Below, in pieces: positions 56,801-64,000 of a stretch of DNA of 64,000 bases. Position numbers and translations under genes: made by a program. The stretch is from NCBI GenBank assembly GCA_038817885.1, contig JAWAZE010000002.1, positions 13,862 through 77,861 on the forward strand. Direction: 5' to 3'. The notes below the pieces were generated by a model. That model worked only from the letters and a program-made list of their open reading frames with translations, was not told where the DNA came from and did no database searches. How positions within the stretch are numbered: position 1 is the stretch's first letter; the number at the start of each line of letters is the position of its first letter. The DNA comes from Candidatus Bathyarchaeia archaeon (lineage in GTDB: Archaea > Thermoproteota > Bathyarchaeia > Bathyarchaeales > DTEX01).

Positions 56801-57808
56801 TTATTGTCGTTTGCAGCTCTTTAGTTTCTCTCTAAGTATTTTAGCAGCATATTTAAAGGCTGTTTCAAGATCCCCTGTCCCGTTAACCCCCGCAGATGTT
56901 GTGTGCCCGCCACCCACACCATGAAGAAGCTCACCAAGCGGGTTCGCGATATCTCTACCGAGATGTATGCCAGTTTTATTGTAAAACTCATTACTGGACC
57001 TCATGCTGATCAATATTTCACTTTTATCCTCTGAGCCTACTATAGCAACGTCCGCACCAACCTCAATAAGCACCCTTGCAACCGAAGCTTGAAAGGATCC
57101 TGCATGGGAGAAGGCTATGATCCAGCCATATATCCTCATTGTTTTCATCCTTTTACATGCTTTAAGCCTAGCTATGCGCTCCGAGATATCCATCGGCACT
57201 ATCAAAACTTGCAGCGTCTCCTGAACGTTTACGCCTAAGTCCACAATCTCCGAGATCATTTTAAATGTAGATGATCTAGCCAGGGTAAAGTGCCTTGTAT
57301 CGAAAGCCGTCCCCAGGAGCAGGACTTCAGCGACGTCCTTTGATGGTTTAACACCAGCCTCCTTAAAGAGTTCATAAATTATCTCAGAGGTGGCCGAAAC
57401 ATCTTCCCTACATATGCATAGAGAAGATATTTTCTCAGTTTCCGAATGAGGTGCATGATGATCAATTATGATTATCGGCAGCGATAACTCGCATATGCGT
57501 TTGCCCCACTCACCCAATTGGCGCACAGTATTAGCATCTAACACAAATAATATATCAAATGTCTCAAAGTGAGGCTCGCTATGGACAACATCCATTGGAA
57601 ATTTTTCTAAAATAGCCTTTGATACTCTGCTTACACTTTCTGGCGCAGCTATAACGATATCCAAGTTCGGCTTAAACTGCTTTAGCAGGTTAGAGAGAGC
57701 GTAGGATGAGCACATCGCGTCGGGATCAGCGTTTTTATGACATAAAATGAGTATGCGCCTCGCATTCCTCTCTTCAAGGATATTCATTATTTCTTTAAAG
57801 GATTTCAT
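56801..57808 (-). CDS. DHH/DHHA1 family phosphoesterase (NrnA/RecJ-like)
   Basis: Start placed at ATG 57808 (MKSFKEIMNI). Motifs CHKNADPDAMCS, IIIDHHAP, and GGGHTTSAG (DHHA1). Confidence 0.8.
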   Translation of the reverse strand: MKSFKEIMNILEERNARRILILCHKNADPDAMCSSYALSNLLKQFKPNLDIVIAAPESVSRVSKAILEKFPMDVVHSEPHFETFDILFVLDANTVRQLGEWGKRICELSLPIIIIDHHAPHSETEKISSLCICREDVSATSEIIYELFKEAGVKPSKDVAEVLLLGTAFDTRHFTLARSSTFKMISEIVDLGVNVQETLQVLIVPMDISERIARLKACKRMKTMRIYGWIIAFSHAGSFQASVARVLIEVGADVAIVGSEDKSEILISMRSSNEFYNKTGIHLGRDIANPLGELLHGVGGGHTTSAGVNGTGDLETAFKYAAKILREKLKSCKRQ

Positions 57809-58127
57809 CTGGCTCTCCCTTAGGCTCTGGAGCCGTTTTACACCTAATTTTATTGAGATATTTTTCGATGGCTTCAAAGGCCGCCTTTACTGAGCCATCT
57901 GCAATTTCCTGAACGTTAAGCTTCTTGCAGAGGGGTGAGAGCTCTATCTCAACTTCGACCTCAGCATTCAATGCATCAAGACTTTCTAAATTAACAGAAA
58001 TATACAGGTCAGAAACATACTCCCTCTTAACCCTAGAGAAGATATATCTCCTTGCAGATTCCTCAGCCGCCTCACAAATTTCTTCTAGTTCCTTATAGGT
58101 TAAAGAGGAAATTGGGCGCCCGCTCAA
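57795..58127 (-). CDS. Small acidic hypothetical protein upstream of the DHH gene
   Basis: 110-aa ORF in an operon-like position between the prefoldin beta and DHH genes. No motif recognised with confidence. Confidence 0.4.
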   Translation of the reverse strand: MSGRPISSLTYKELEEICEAAEESARRYIFSRVKREYVSDLYISVNLESLDALNAEVEVEIELSPLCKKLNVQEIADGSVKAAFEAIEKYLNKIRCKTAPEPKGEPDEIL

Positions 58128-58155
58128 GCATTACACCACGATTAGTGATGAGAGT

Positions 58156-58518
58156 TTAAGCTTGCGTCGTTGGGCGTAAATCTTTCTGGAGTTTTTCCTG
58201 AAGCTCCTTTATCTGGCTTCTGAGCCTCTCCTCCTGCTTGGTTAAAACGGAAACCCTCATTGTAGCGAGATCCTTTCTCTCATTAAGCTCGCTGGTAATC
58301 TTAGCCTTATCTGTTCTAATTAATAGTGAGCCGATAGACTTATAGATCACAACGTCATCCGGCGCCTTCTCAAGCTCACTAAGCGCCCTATCAATCTCAA
58401 GAATCTCTAGATCTAGCTGCTGCTTCTGAGTCAAAATTGTTTGCAGCGTCTCCTGTAGCTGTTGTAATCTGAGAAGTCTCTCCTGAACAGCTGGTGGTAA
58501 CTGGACCTCTCCGCTCAT
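58156..58518 (-). CDS. pfdB: Prefoldin beta subunit
   Basis: 120 aa. Two coiled-coil arms flanking the beta hairpin region IYKSIGSLLIRTDK. Typical length. Confidence 0.85.
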   Translation of the reverse strand: MSGEVQLPPAVQERLLRLQQLQETLQTILTQKQQLDLEILEIDRALSELEKAPDDVVIYKSIGSLLIRTDKAKITSELNERKDLATMRVSVLTKQEERLRSQIKELQEKLQKDLRPTTQA

Positions 58519-58597
58519 ATACCCTTATCACCACTATAGATTAATTAATCCAAATTTAATATTGGGGTTAATGCAATTAAAGGTTTCCAAAAAGGCA

Positions 58598-59956
58598 TTA
58601 GCTTATAACGCTAGAGCATTTTGCCCAAAAGGTTTCTGGCCGTATTACTCTGAACCCAATCCACCTTTTCTCTAGATTGTATCGTGACAAAGGTTTTGTT
58701 AGGTGTCTCTCTGATCTCGGCGGCGCAACATATAATCCTGGCCTAATATCCCTCTCAACTTTAACAGAAATCTTCGTAAGGTTTGCCCCATGAAAACCAC
58801 ATTTATAACATTCGAATCCCTTCCCTTTTCCCATAGACTTCATCCTTTTGCCGCAAACTGGGCAGAGTGGGTTCTTAAGAATTATTTTCTCGGCAAGACT
58901 AACAGCTTCGATTTTCTCGACGTTTATCGTCATGGGGTTCATGTTTAATGGGGGTCGGACACCACCATAAACCTTAATGACATCGCCCTCAATTAGCCCG
59001 CTAGCTATTTTCCTGAGGTTTCCTCCCTGCTCATATACCGCGCAATCTATTGCCCCAGTATCATCTTTAATACGGAATATTACGTGTCCTCCTGGAATAA
59101 TCCTCGGTGCACCATCAACTCTTCCTTGCACTATTACTGGGTGATATGGCTTGACGTCTCTTATCGAGTGGATAACTCTTAGGTGCGCGTCCGTCCCATG
59201 ATTTGTCCTGAAGATAACCCATCGGTCTATTGGCTCATATACACGGATCATCTCATGCGCCAACTTTACTGCCTCTGGATTTTCCCCTCTAATACCATAG
59301 AGTACTGGGTCAGGGCCTCTGGGCATTATTAATATTCTGCCAGTCTCAGGGTCAACGTTATTGAACGTTAAATTACCCATCTTTCTATCCATCTCTATAA
59401 CAGATGATTCATCAATTCTTCTAGAGGTCCCCCAATTCTCCCTTCTTCTATACGCTATCAGTTCGAAGGTATGATCCCCATTAAGGGTCTCACCTATGGC
59501 AGCTAAACCCCCAATTATACCGCGCCCAGTTTTATAGCCGACAGCCTCAGCTTTAAATTTCTTAATAAGTTTTAATGCGCTCCTCAGCTTTACAATTCCT
59601 TGAATAGCCTCCTTAGCAAAATCCCTAACATCCCGCGGGATCTCACCTTTCAGAAAGACGATTCCTGGATCCGTCCCCTTATACTCAAGGTCGGAGTTTT
59701 CCTCAACTGTTTCGATTACAGTTTCCTTTAAATCTTCATAGAGTTGATCTTCATATAAAATTCTCAGACAAAGAGCGCCGTTCCCGCGGGTCTTCCAAGG
59801 GACATTAGGATTTAATCTAATAAGGTTTGGATAATCGATGAATTGAACATTCATTCCGGCTAGCTTCTCGATTAGGAGGGCTGCAACATATGTTGTGCAC
59901 CCCATTCTAGGTGAATCGGTATCATCAAAACCTATGTGCATTATCTCAGCGTGCAT
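58598..59956 (-). CDS. tiaS: tRNA(Ile2) 2-agmatinylcytidine synthetase TiaS
   Basis: 452 aa. IGFDDTDSPRMGCTTY N-terminus, OB-fold region and a C-terminal zinc ribbon CPVCGKRM...CYKCGF. An alternative start at 59941 (MHIGFDD) is equally plausible. Confidence 0.85.
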   Translation of the reverse strand: MHAEIMHIGFDDTDSPRMGCTTYVAALLIEKLAGMNVQFIDYPNLIRLNPNVPWKTRGNGALCLRILYEDQLYEDLKETVIETVEENSDLEYKGTDPGIVFLKGEIPRDVRDFAKEAIQGIVKLRSALKLIKKFKAEAVGYKTGRGIIGGLAAIGETLNGDHTFELIAYRRRENWGTSRRIDESSVIEMDRKMGNLTFNNVDPETGRILIMPRGPDPVLYGIRGENPEAVKLAHEMIRVYEPIDRWVIFRTNHGTDAHLRVIHSIRDVKPYHPVIVQGRVDGAPRIIPGGHVIFRIKDDTGAIDCAVYEQGGNLRKIASGLIEGDVIKVYGGVRPPLNMNPMTINVEKIEAVSLAEKIILKNPLCPVCGKRMKSMGKGKGFECYKCGFHGANLTKISVKVERDIRPGLYVAPPRSERHLTKPLSRYNLEKRWIGFRVIRPETFWAKCSSVIS

Positions 59957-60216
59957 CTAAAAGTTAACCCTCTAGGAAATACTCTTTTTGAAGAATGTTT
60001 GAGAAAATAATCTCCAATGCCCGCAGCTATGCCAGAGGCTATCCTAGCAGGATCCATACCAAATTTAAGTGAGGTTGACGTGAAGAAACATGATTCCAAA
60101 CAGACAAGCATGTGTGTTCTTAATCCAGCTGGTTTATGAGATTTCTCCCTTTCAAACCCGATGACTAACCCTAAGGCTGCAGCCAAAAATAGGTGAATTA
60201 TCTCCTCAAGAATCAT
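59941..60216 (-). pseudogene. Truncated MgtC/SapB-family membrane protein remnant
   Basis: 91 aa. LAAALGLVIGFEREKSHKPAGLRTHMLVCL matches the MgtC N-terminus. The family pattern degenerates after GIAAGIG and the ORF ends inside the tiaS start region, well short of a full MgtC domain. Confidence 0.5.
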
Positions 60217-60330
60217 ATTTGATCATTAAGTTTTAGCTTCTAGAAATATTTGGCGGTTCATTTATAAATTTTTTATACTAGGTGATTGGAGAGCAACATT
60301 AATATATTCTAACTTATGAAGTTAATTGTT

Positions 60331-60388
60331 GCCGGATGAAGAAAAGGCATTTAGTTGATTGATGATAGATCAGAGTTAAACTGACGGC
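60331..60388 (+). ncRNA. Candidate C/D box sRNA (58 nt)
   Basis: GCCG-GAUGA...UUGA-U-UGAUGA-(15 nt)-CUGA-CGGC. Terminal 4-bp stem GCCG/CGGC, a C-like box (G)GAUGA, a perfect C' UGAUGA and a perfect D box CUGA. Spacers are 15 nt rather than the usual 12, and the D'-C' loop is very short. Confidence 0.3.
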
Positions 60389-60429
60389 TAAAATAAATTT
60401 GTGATTCTATTTAAGATTTTATTCTATTG

Positions 60430-60672
60430 TTACCTCTTCATTTCTTCGATGACTATCATTGTCAAAGTTGACCTAACTTTATTTAACCTGCGGATCTTCC
60501 ATGTAACTATATCCTTGAGTTTCTCCATGGACTCAGCTCTAACTTTAGCAATTATGTCATAGACACCATAGACGCTGTAAGCCTCCTCAACTCCCTCAAC
60601 TTTCTTAAGCTCATTCAAGACTTCCCCTTCTGAACCAATCTCCGAATTTATTAATACAAAGGCTACTGGCAT
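60430..60672 (-). CDS. Stand-alone Lrp/AsnC-type ligand-binding (RAM) domain protein
   Basis: 80 aa. AFVLINSEIGSEGEVLNELKKVEGVEEAYSVYGVYDIIAKV matches the RAM-domain beta-alpha-beta-beta-alpha-beta pattern. No HTH. Confidence 0.75.
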   Translation of the reverse strand: MPVAFVLINSEIGSEGEVLNELKKVEGVEEAYSVYGVYDIIAKVRAESMEKLKDIVTWKIRRLNKVRSTLTMIVIEEMKR

Positions 60673-60749
60673 CCTAACACCTCAAAAAATATTTAGATTT
60701 AAATGCTTAAAAACTTTCTTAATTCTTGTTAATTTGGGAGGATCGTTTC

Positions 60750-62291
60750 GTGGTTGCATCGGCTGAAAAGGTTATAACGACAAAGGAGATGCGCGCATTA
60801 GATATAAACGCTGAGTATTTCGGCATATCTAGGCTTCAGCTTATGGAGAATGCTGGGAGGTGTGTTGCCGAGGAGGTAGCCGTACGCGTTAGGCAACATG
60901 AGGCTAAAATTGCTGTTTTCTGTGGTCTGGGTGGGAACGGTGGGGATGGTTTCGTAGCGGCTAGACACTTAGTCTGCATGGGATTCAATGTTAATGTTAT
61001 ACTTGCTGGTAGGGCGACCGACATAATTAATGAAGAAGCAAGAAGAAATTGGGAGGCCTTAAATAATCTCCGCAGATCGCTCAATATTATTGAGATATAT
61101 GATTCATCACTCATACCAGAAATTAAAGCAGACGTCATTATAGATGCTCTTTTAGGGATAGGTTTAGAAAGGCCTCCGCGCCCACCAATATCTCATCTTA
61201 TAAAAGAAATTAATGAGATAGACTCTTACCGCGTTGCAGTCGATGTTCCAAGCGGGATAAACTCGGATACGGGGGAAGTTTTAGGAGAGGCCGTTAAAGC
61301 CCACCTAACAGTCACGTTCCATAAGATTAAGCCAGGTTTATTGAAGGCAAAGGATTATGTGGGCGAATTAGTCGTCAGATTAATCGGGATCCCAGAGGAG
61401 ATAGAAACATATGCTGGGCCCGGCGATGTCTTAACAACCATAAAACCTAGGCCTCCAGAAGCCCATAAGGGAGATTTTGGCAGGCTCCTCGTGATCGGTG
61501 GCAGCGAAACTTTCAGTGGGGCGCCAACTCTAGCAGCACTAGCAGCACTAAGGGCTGGCGTAGACTTAGCCTATATAGCTGCCCCACGCGAGACTGCGTA
61601 TGCTATTTCCTCAATCTCACCAGACCTGATAACACTTAAACTTGAGGGTGACCACTTAAGCATGCGAAATTTATCGGTGATAAGAAGTTATATGGAGAGG
61701 GCCACAGCCATAGTTATTGGACCTGGTTTAGGGCTTCATAGGGAGACCCAGGAGGCTGTTGAAAAGATAATAGAAGAGACTGAGAGTAAGAAGATTCCAA
61801 TCTTATTGGATGCTGATGGGCTTAAGGCTTTCGCGGGCTTTAAACATAGCTTAAAAACGCCCACCGTTCTGACACCGCATACTGGCGAGTATGCTATTTT
61901 AACTGGAGAAAGATTGCCGGAAAAAATGGAGGAGAGAGCTGAGCGCGTGAGGAGGCAGGCTGAGCAACTTAACGCAGTTATACTACTAAAATCCCATGTT
62001 GACATAATTTCAGATGGTACTAGAGTAAAATTTAATTTTACTGGGAACCCCGGCATGACCGTTGGTGGTACAGGGGATGTTCTTTCCGGGATAGTTGGCG
62101 CCCTCTTAGCTCAGGGTTTTGATCCATTTGAGGCGGCTGTGGCTGGGGCATTCATTAATGGCGCGGCTGGAGACTTCGTAAGGATGGAGAAGGGCTATCA
62201 TATGGTTGCAACAGATCTAATCGAATGGATTCCGAAGGTAATGAATGATCCAATGAGCCACATTAAGCTGAGGGGAAGTTTAAATCGCTGA
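60750..62291 (+). CDS. nnr: Bifunctional NAD(P)H-hydrate repair enzyme Nnr (epimerase plus ADP-dependent dehydratase)
   Basis: YjeF_N motif GLGGNGGDGFVAARHL and C-terminal kinase-like GGTGDVLSGIVGALLAQG. GTG at 60750 is preceded by GGGAGGA and preferred over TTG 60726. Confidence 0.85.
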   Translation: MVASAEKVITTKEMRALDINAEYFGISRLQLMENAGRCVAEEVAVRVRQHEAKIAVFCGLGGNGGDGFVAARHLVCMGFNVNVILAGRATDIINEEARRNWEALNNLRRSLNIIEIYDSSLIPEIKADVIIDALLGIGLERPPRPPISHLIKEINEIDSYRVAVDVPSGINSDTGEVLGEAVKAHLTVTFHKIKPGLLKAKDYVGELVVRLIGIPEEIETYAGPGDVLTTIKPRPPEAHKGDFGRLLVIGGSETFSGAPTLAALAALRAGVDLAYIAAPRETAYAISSISPDLITLKLEGDHLSMRNLSVIRSYMERATAIVIGPGLGLHRETQEAVEKIIEETESKKIPILLDADGLKAFAGFKHSLKTPTVLTPHTGEYAILTGERLPEKMEERAERVRRQAEQLNAVILLKSHVDIISDGTRVKFNFTGNPGMTVGGTGDVLSGIVGALLAQGFDPFEAAVAGAFINGAAGDFVRMEKGYHMVATDLIEWIPKVMNDPMSHIKLRGSLNR

Positions 62292-62309
62292 GTTTTCTCA
62301 GAGTGAGGT

Positions 62310-63131
62310 GTGATGGAAGCTAATTTCCTACTCCCCATATCGCTCTTCACGATTATTGCTTTATCCATTCTGCTGCATAGGAGGGTTGCGGAGAGGGCGA
62401 AAGAAATTTTTGGGGAGAGAAAAATTAGCATACGTGAAGTGATAATTATAGTCATTTTCATGGGAATACTCGTTACAATAATCGGCTTGATCCCAAGCTA
62501 TGCCATCCAAATACTATTTATCGCAGCCCTCTCCTATACTCTCCTTATTTATACATATTTATTCTCAAGAAAAGTAATTGTATCCGTGATCCCGCCCATA
62601 ATGTTTATAGCAGCTTTCTTGTTCCTGAACTACTTCTTAGTAGAAAATATTTTAGTGGTTATTCTGATCATAGACATCTTTTCAGTAATATTCGCGATAA
62701 TCGTAACAACGCTTATAGGCCCCCTATTTTCATGGAAGGTAATAATGGTCTTCGCAGCACTATTAACGGCCATGGACGTCATTCATGTCTTCATGACCGG
62801 TCACATGGTTGAGGCTGCTGGCAAGGTGACGAGCCTTTATCTACCTTTAGTGCTTCTGCTCCCAAGACTCCCTTCCTTAAGAGGGTTCACTGTGCTCGGT
62901 TTAGGCGATATATTTTTATCTGGTCTCCTCTCAACCTACGTGGCATCAAGATACAATCCTAAAGTAGGCTTACTTACAGCAGCATCAATAAGCATCGTCT
63001 TCCTAGCCTTTGACATAATAGTATTCAATTTTGTGCCAAGCATCAGGGCTTTTCCAGCAACTTTATTAGTTCTAGTGGGTTGGCTATTAGGCATGGGTCC
63101 ATATATTCTTAAAAGAAGAGAGAAGATATAA
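62310..63131 (+). CDS. Presenilin/signal-peptide-peptidase-like intramembrane aspartyl protease (A22 family) candidate
   Basis: 273 aa, polytopic. Asp in AMDVIHVF, GxGD motif LGLGDIFLSG, and the PAL-like FPATLL near the C-terminus. Confidence 0.65.
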   Translation: MMEANFLLPISLFTIIALSILLHRRVAERAKEIFGERKISIREVIIIVIFMGILVTIIGLIPSYAIQILFIAALSYTLLIYTYLFSRKVIVSVIPPIMFIAAFLFLNYFLVENILVVILIIDIFSVIFAIIVTTLIGPLFSWKVIMVFAALLTAMDVIHVFMTGHMVEAAGKVTSLYLPLVLLLPRLPSLRGFTVLGLGDIFLSGLLSTYVASRYNPKVGLLTAASISIVFLAFDIIVFNFVPSIRAFPATLLVLVGWLLGMGPYILKRREKI

Positions 63132-63140
63132 AACTCTATA

Positions 63141-64000
63141 TTAAACTCTGTTTTCCTCTATAAAAGCCCTTAACCTTTCTAGTCCATTTTTAATAATTTC
63201 TTCGGAGGCAGCGTACGAGAATCTTATATGTTCACCTTCACCCTCATTTTTATGCCCAAAATGTATATCTGATAGAACTGCTACACCAGCCTCATAGAGC
63301 AGACGCTTCCTGAATTCTTCTGAGTCCTTTGCACCTACAATATTGCATGCTTTAGTAACGTTTGGCCAAACATAGAATGCCCCCTTAGGCTTAATACATT
63401 TAATGCCCTCAATCGAATTTAAACAGTTAACTATAAGGTCTCTACGTATCTTAAAACGCTCAATCATCCTCTTTGAGTCATCCTGTGGGCCAGTCAAAGC
63501 TGTTAAGGCGGCATATTGATTTGGGTGTGGGGCACATGAGTCTGTGTTTGTAACCCACCGGGCTAGATATTCAGCAAGCCTTGGGTTTGTCGCAAAGCCT
63601 ATTCTCCAGCCAGTCATAGCGTATGTCTTTGAGACACCATCAACAATTATTGTTCTCTCCTGCATCCCATCTATTGACGCTATACTAACAAATTCTCCAT
63701 CATAAACCATTTGAGAATAGACTTCATCTGAGAAAACCCATAGATTTTCATACTTTTTAACTATGTCGGCTATTTGTTCAAGAGTATCTTTATCTAAGGC
63801 GCCCCCAGTCGGGTTATGCGGCGAATTTAGTATAAGGAGTCTCGTTCGTTCGTTAATTAATTTTTCGAGATATTCAACGTCTATGTTGAAGCTCCTGCTT
63901 TCAAGTATTGGCAGTGGGACTGGCACCGCGCCATAAGCCCTTATAAGAGATTCATATATTGGGAAGCCTGGGTTAGGATATATGACCTCATGTCCAACCC
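63141..64000 (-). CDS. Class I/II PLP-dependent aminotransferase (aspartate aminotransferase-like); N-terminus beyond window edge
   Basis: NSPHNPTGG and SKTYAMTGWRIG (PLP lysine). The reading frame continues upstream of the ORF-track start to the window end (VGHEVIYPNPGFPIYESLIRAYGAVPV). Confidence 0.85.
   Translation of the reverse strand, partial: VGHEVIYPNPGFPIYESLIRAYGAVPVPLPILESRSFNIDVEYLEKLINERTRLLILNSPHNPTGGALDKDTLEQIADIVKKYENLWVFSDEVYSQMVYDGEFVSIASIDGMQERTIIVDGVSKTYAMTGWRIGFATNPRLAEYLARWVTNTDSCAPHPNQYAALTALTGPQDDSKRMIERFKIRRDLIVNCLNSIEGIKCIKPKGAFYVWPNVTKACNIVGAKDSEEFRKRLLYEAGVAVLSDIHFGHKNEGEGEHIRFSYAASEEIIKNGLERLRAFIEENRV

Noticed and set aside
1-64000. Looked for CRISPR arrays, rRNA genes, integrases/transposases, long direct or terminal inverted repeats, and toxin-antitoxin or restriction-type defence genes.
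   Set aside because: None was seen. The only notable nucleotide-level duplication is the pair of tautomerase genes reported above.

Overview
Dense archaeal chromosomal window of about 62 protein genes and one intron-containing tRNA. There are no rRNA genes, CRISPR arrays or intact mobile elements. All calls come from reading motifs in the supplied translations and the DNA; no database search was run. Lineage markers point to a TACK/Thermoproteota-type archaeon: a cdvA-cdvB-cdvC division operon, ribosomal protein eL38, TiaS, a class I CCA-adding enzyme, Trm5/Trm11-type tRNA methyltransferases, prefoldin beta and a bulge-helix-bulge tRNA intron. Content by region: 0-3 kb Cdv/ESCRT division module. 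3-12 kb HMG-CoA reductase and tRNA/RNA-processing housekeeping genes. 13-19 kb MATE pump, tungstate-type ABC importer and a DegT aminotransferase. 19-25 kb Trm5, a multi-cluster radical SAM gene, unknowns, DUF72 and an MFS transporter. 25.6-29 kb rad50-mre11. 29-31.8 kb a lone Mo/W-pterin oxidoreductase bracketed by two tautomerase paralogs. 32-35.4 kb a short SMC-like/kleisin-like/tandem-winged-helix operon. 36.6-53.7 kb a metal and hydrogenase island (nikR, dtxR-like, feoAB, hypCD, hypF, a 7-gene [NiFe] hydrogenase operon, maturation protease, ECF transporter module). 53.8-64 kb housekeeping genes. Two candidates stand out. (1) A complex-I-related (group 4 type) [NiFe] hydrogenase operon has no membrane subunits and is interleaved with two HdrB-like genes and one HdrC-like gene. 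(2) A translationally coupled operon encodes a half-length SMC protein with an Smc5/6-like head signature, a ScpA-like kleisin and a ScpB/KITE-like protein. The tautomerase-pterin enzyme-tautomerase cassette is a third candidate.
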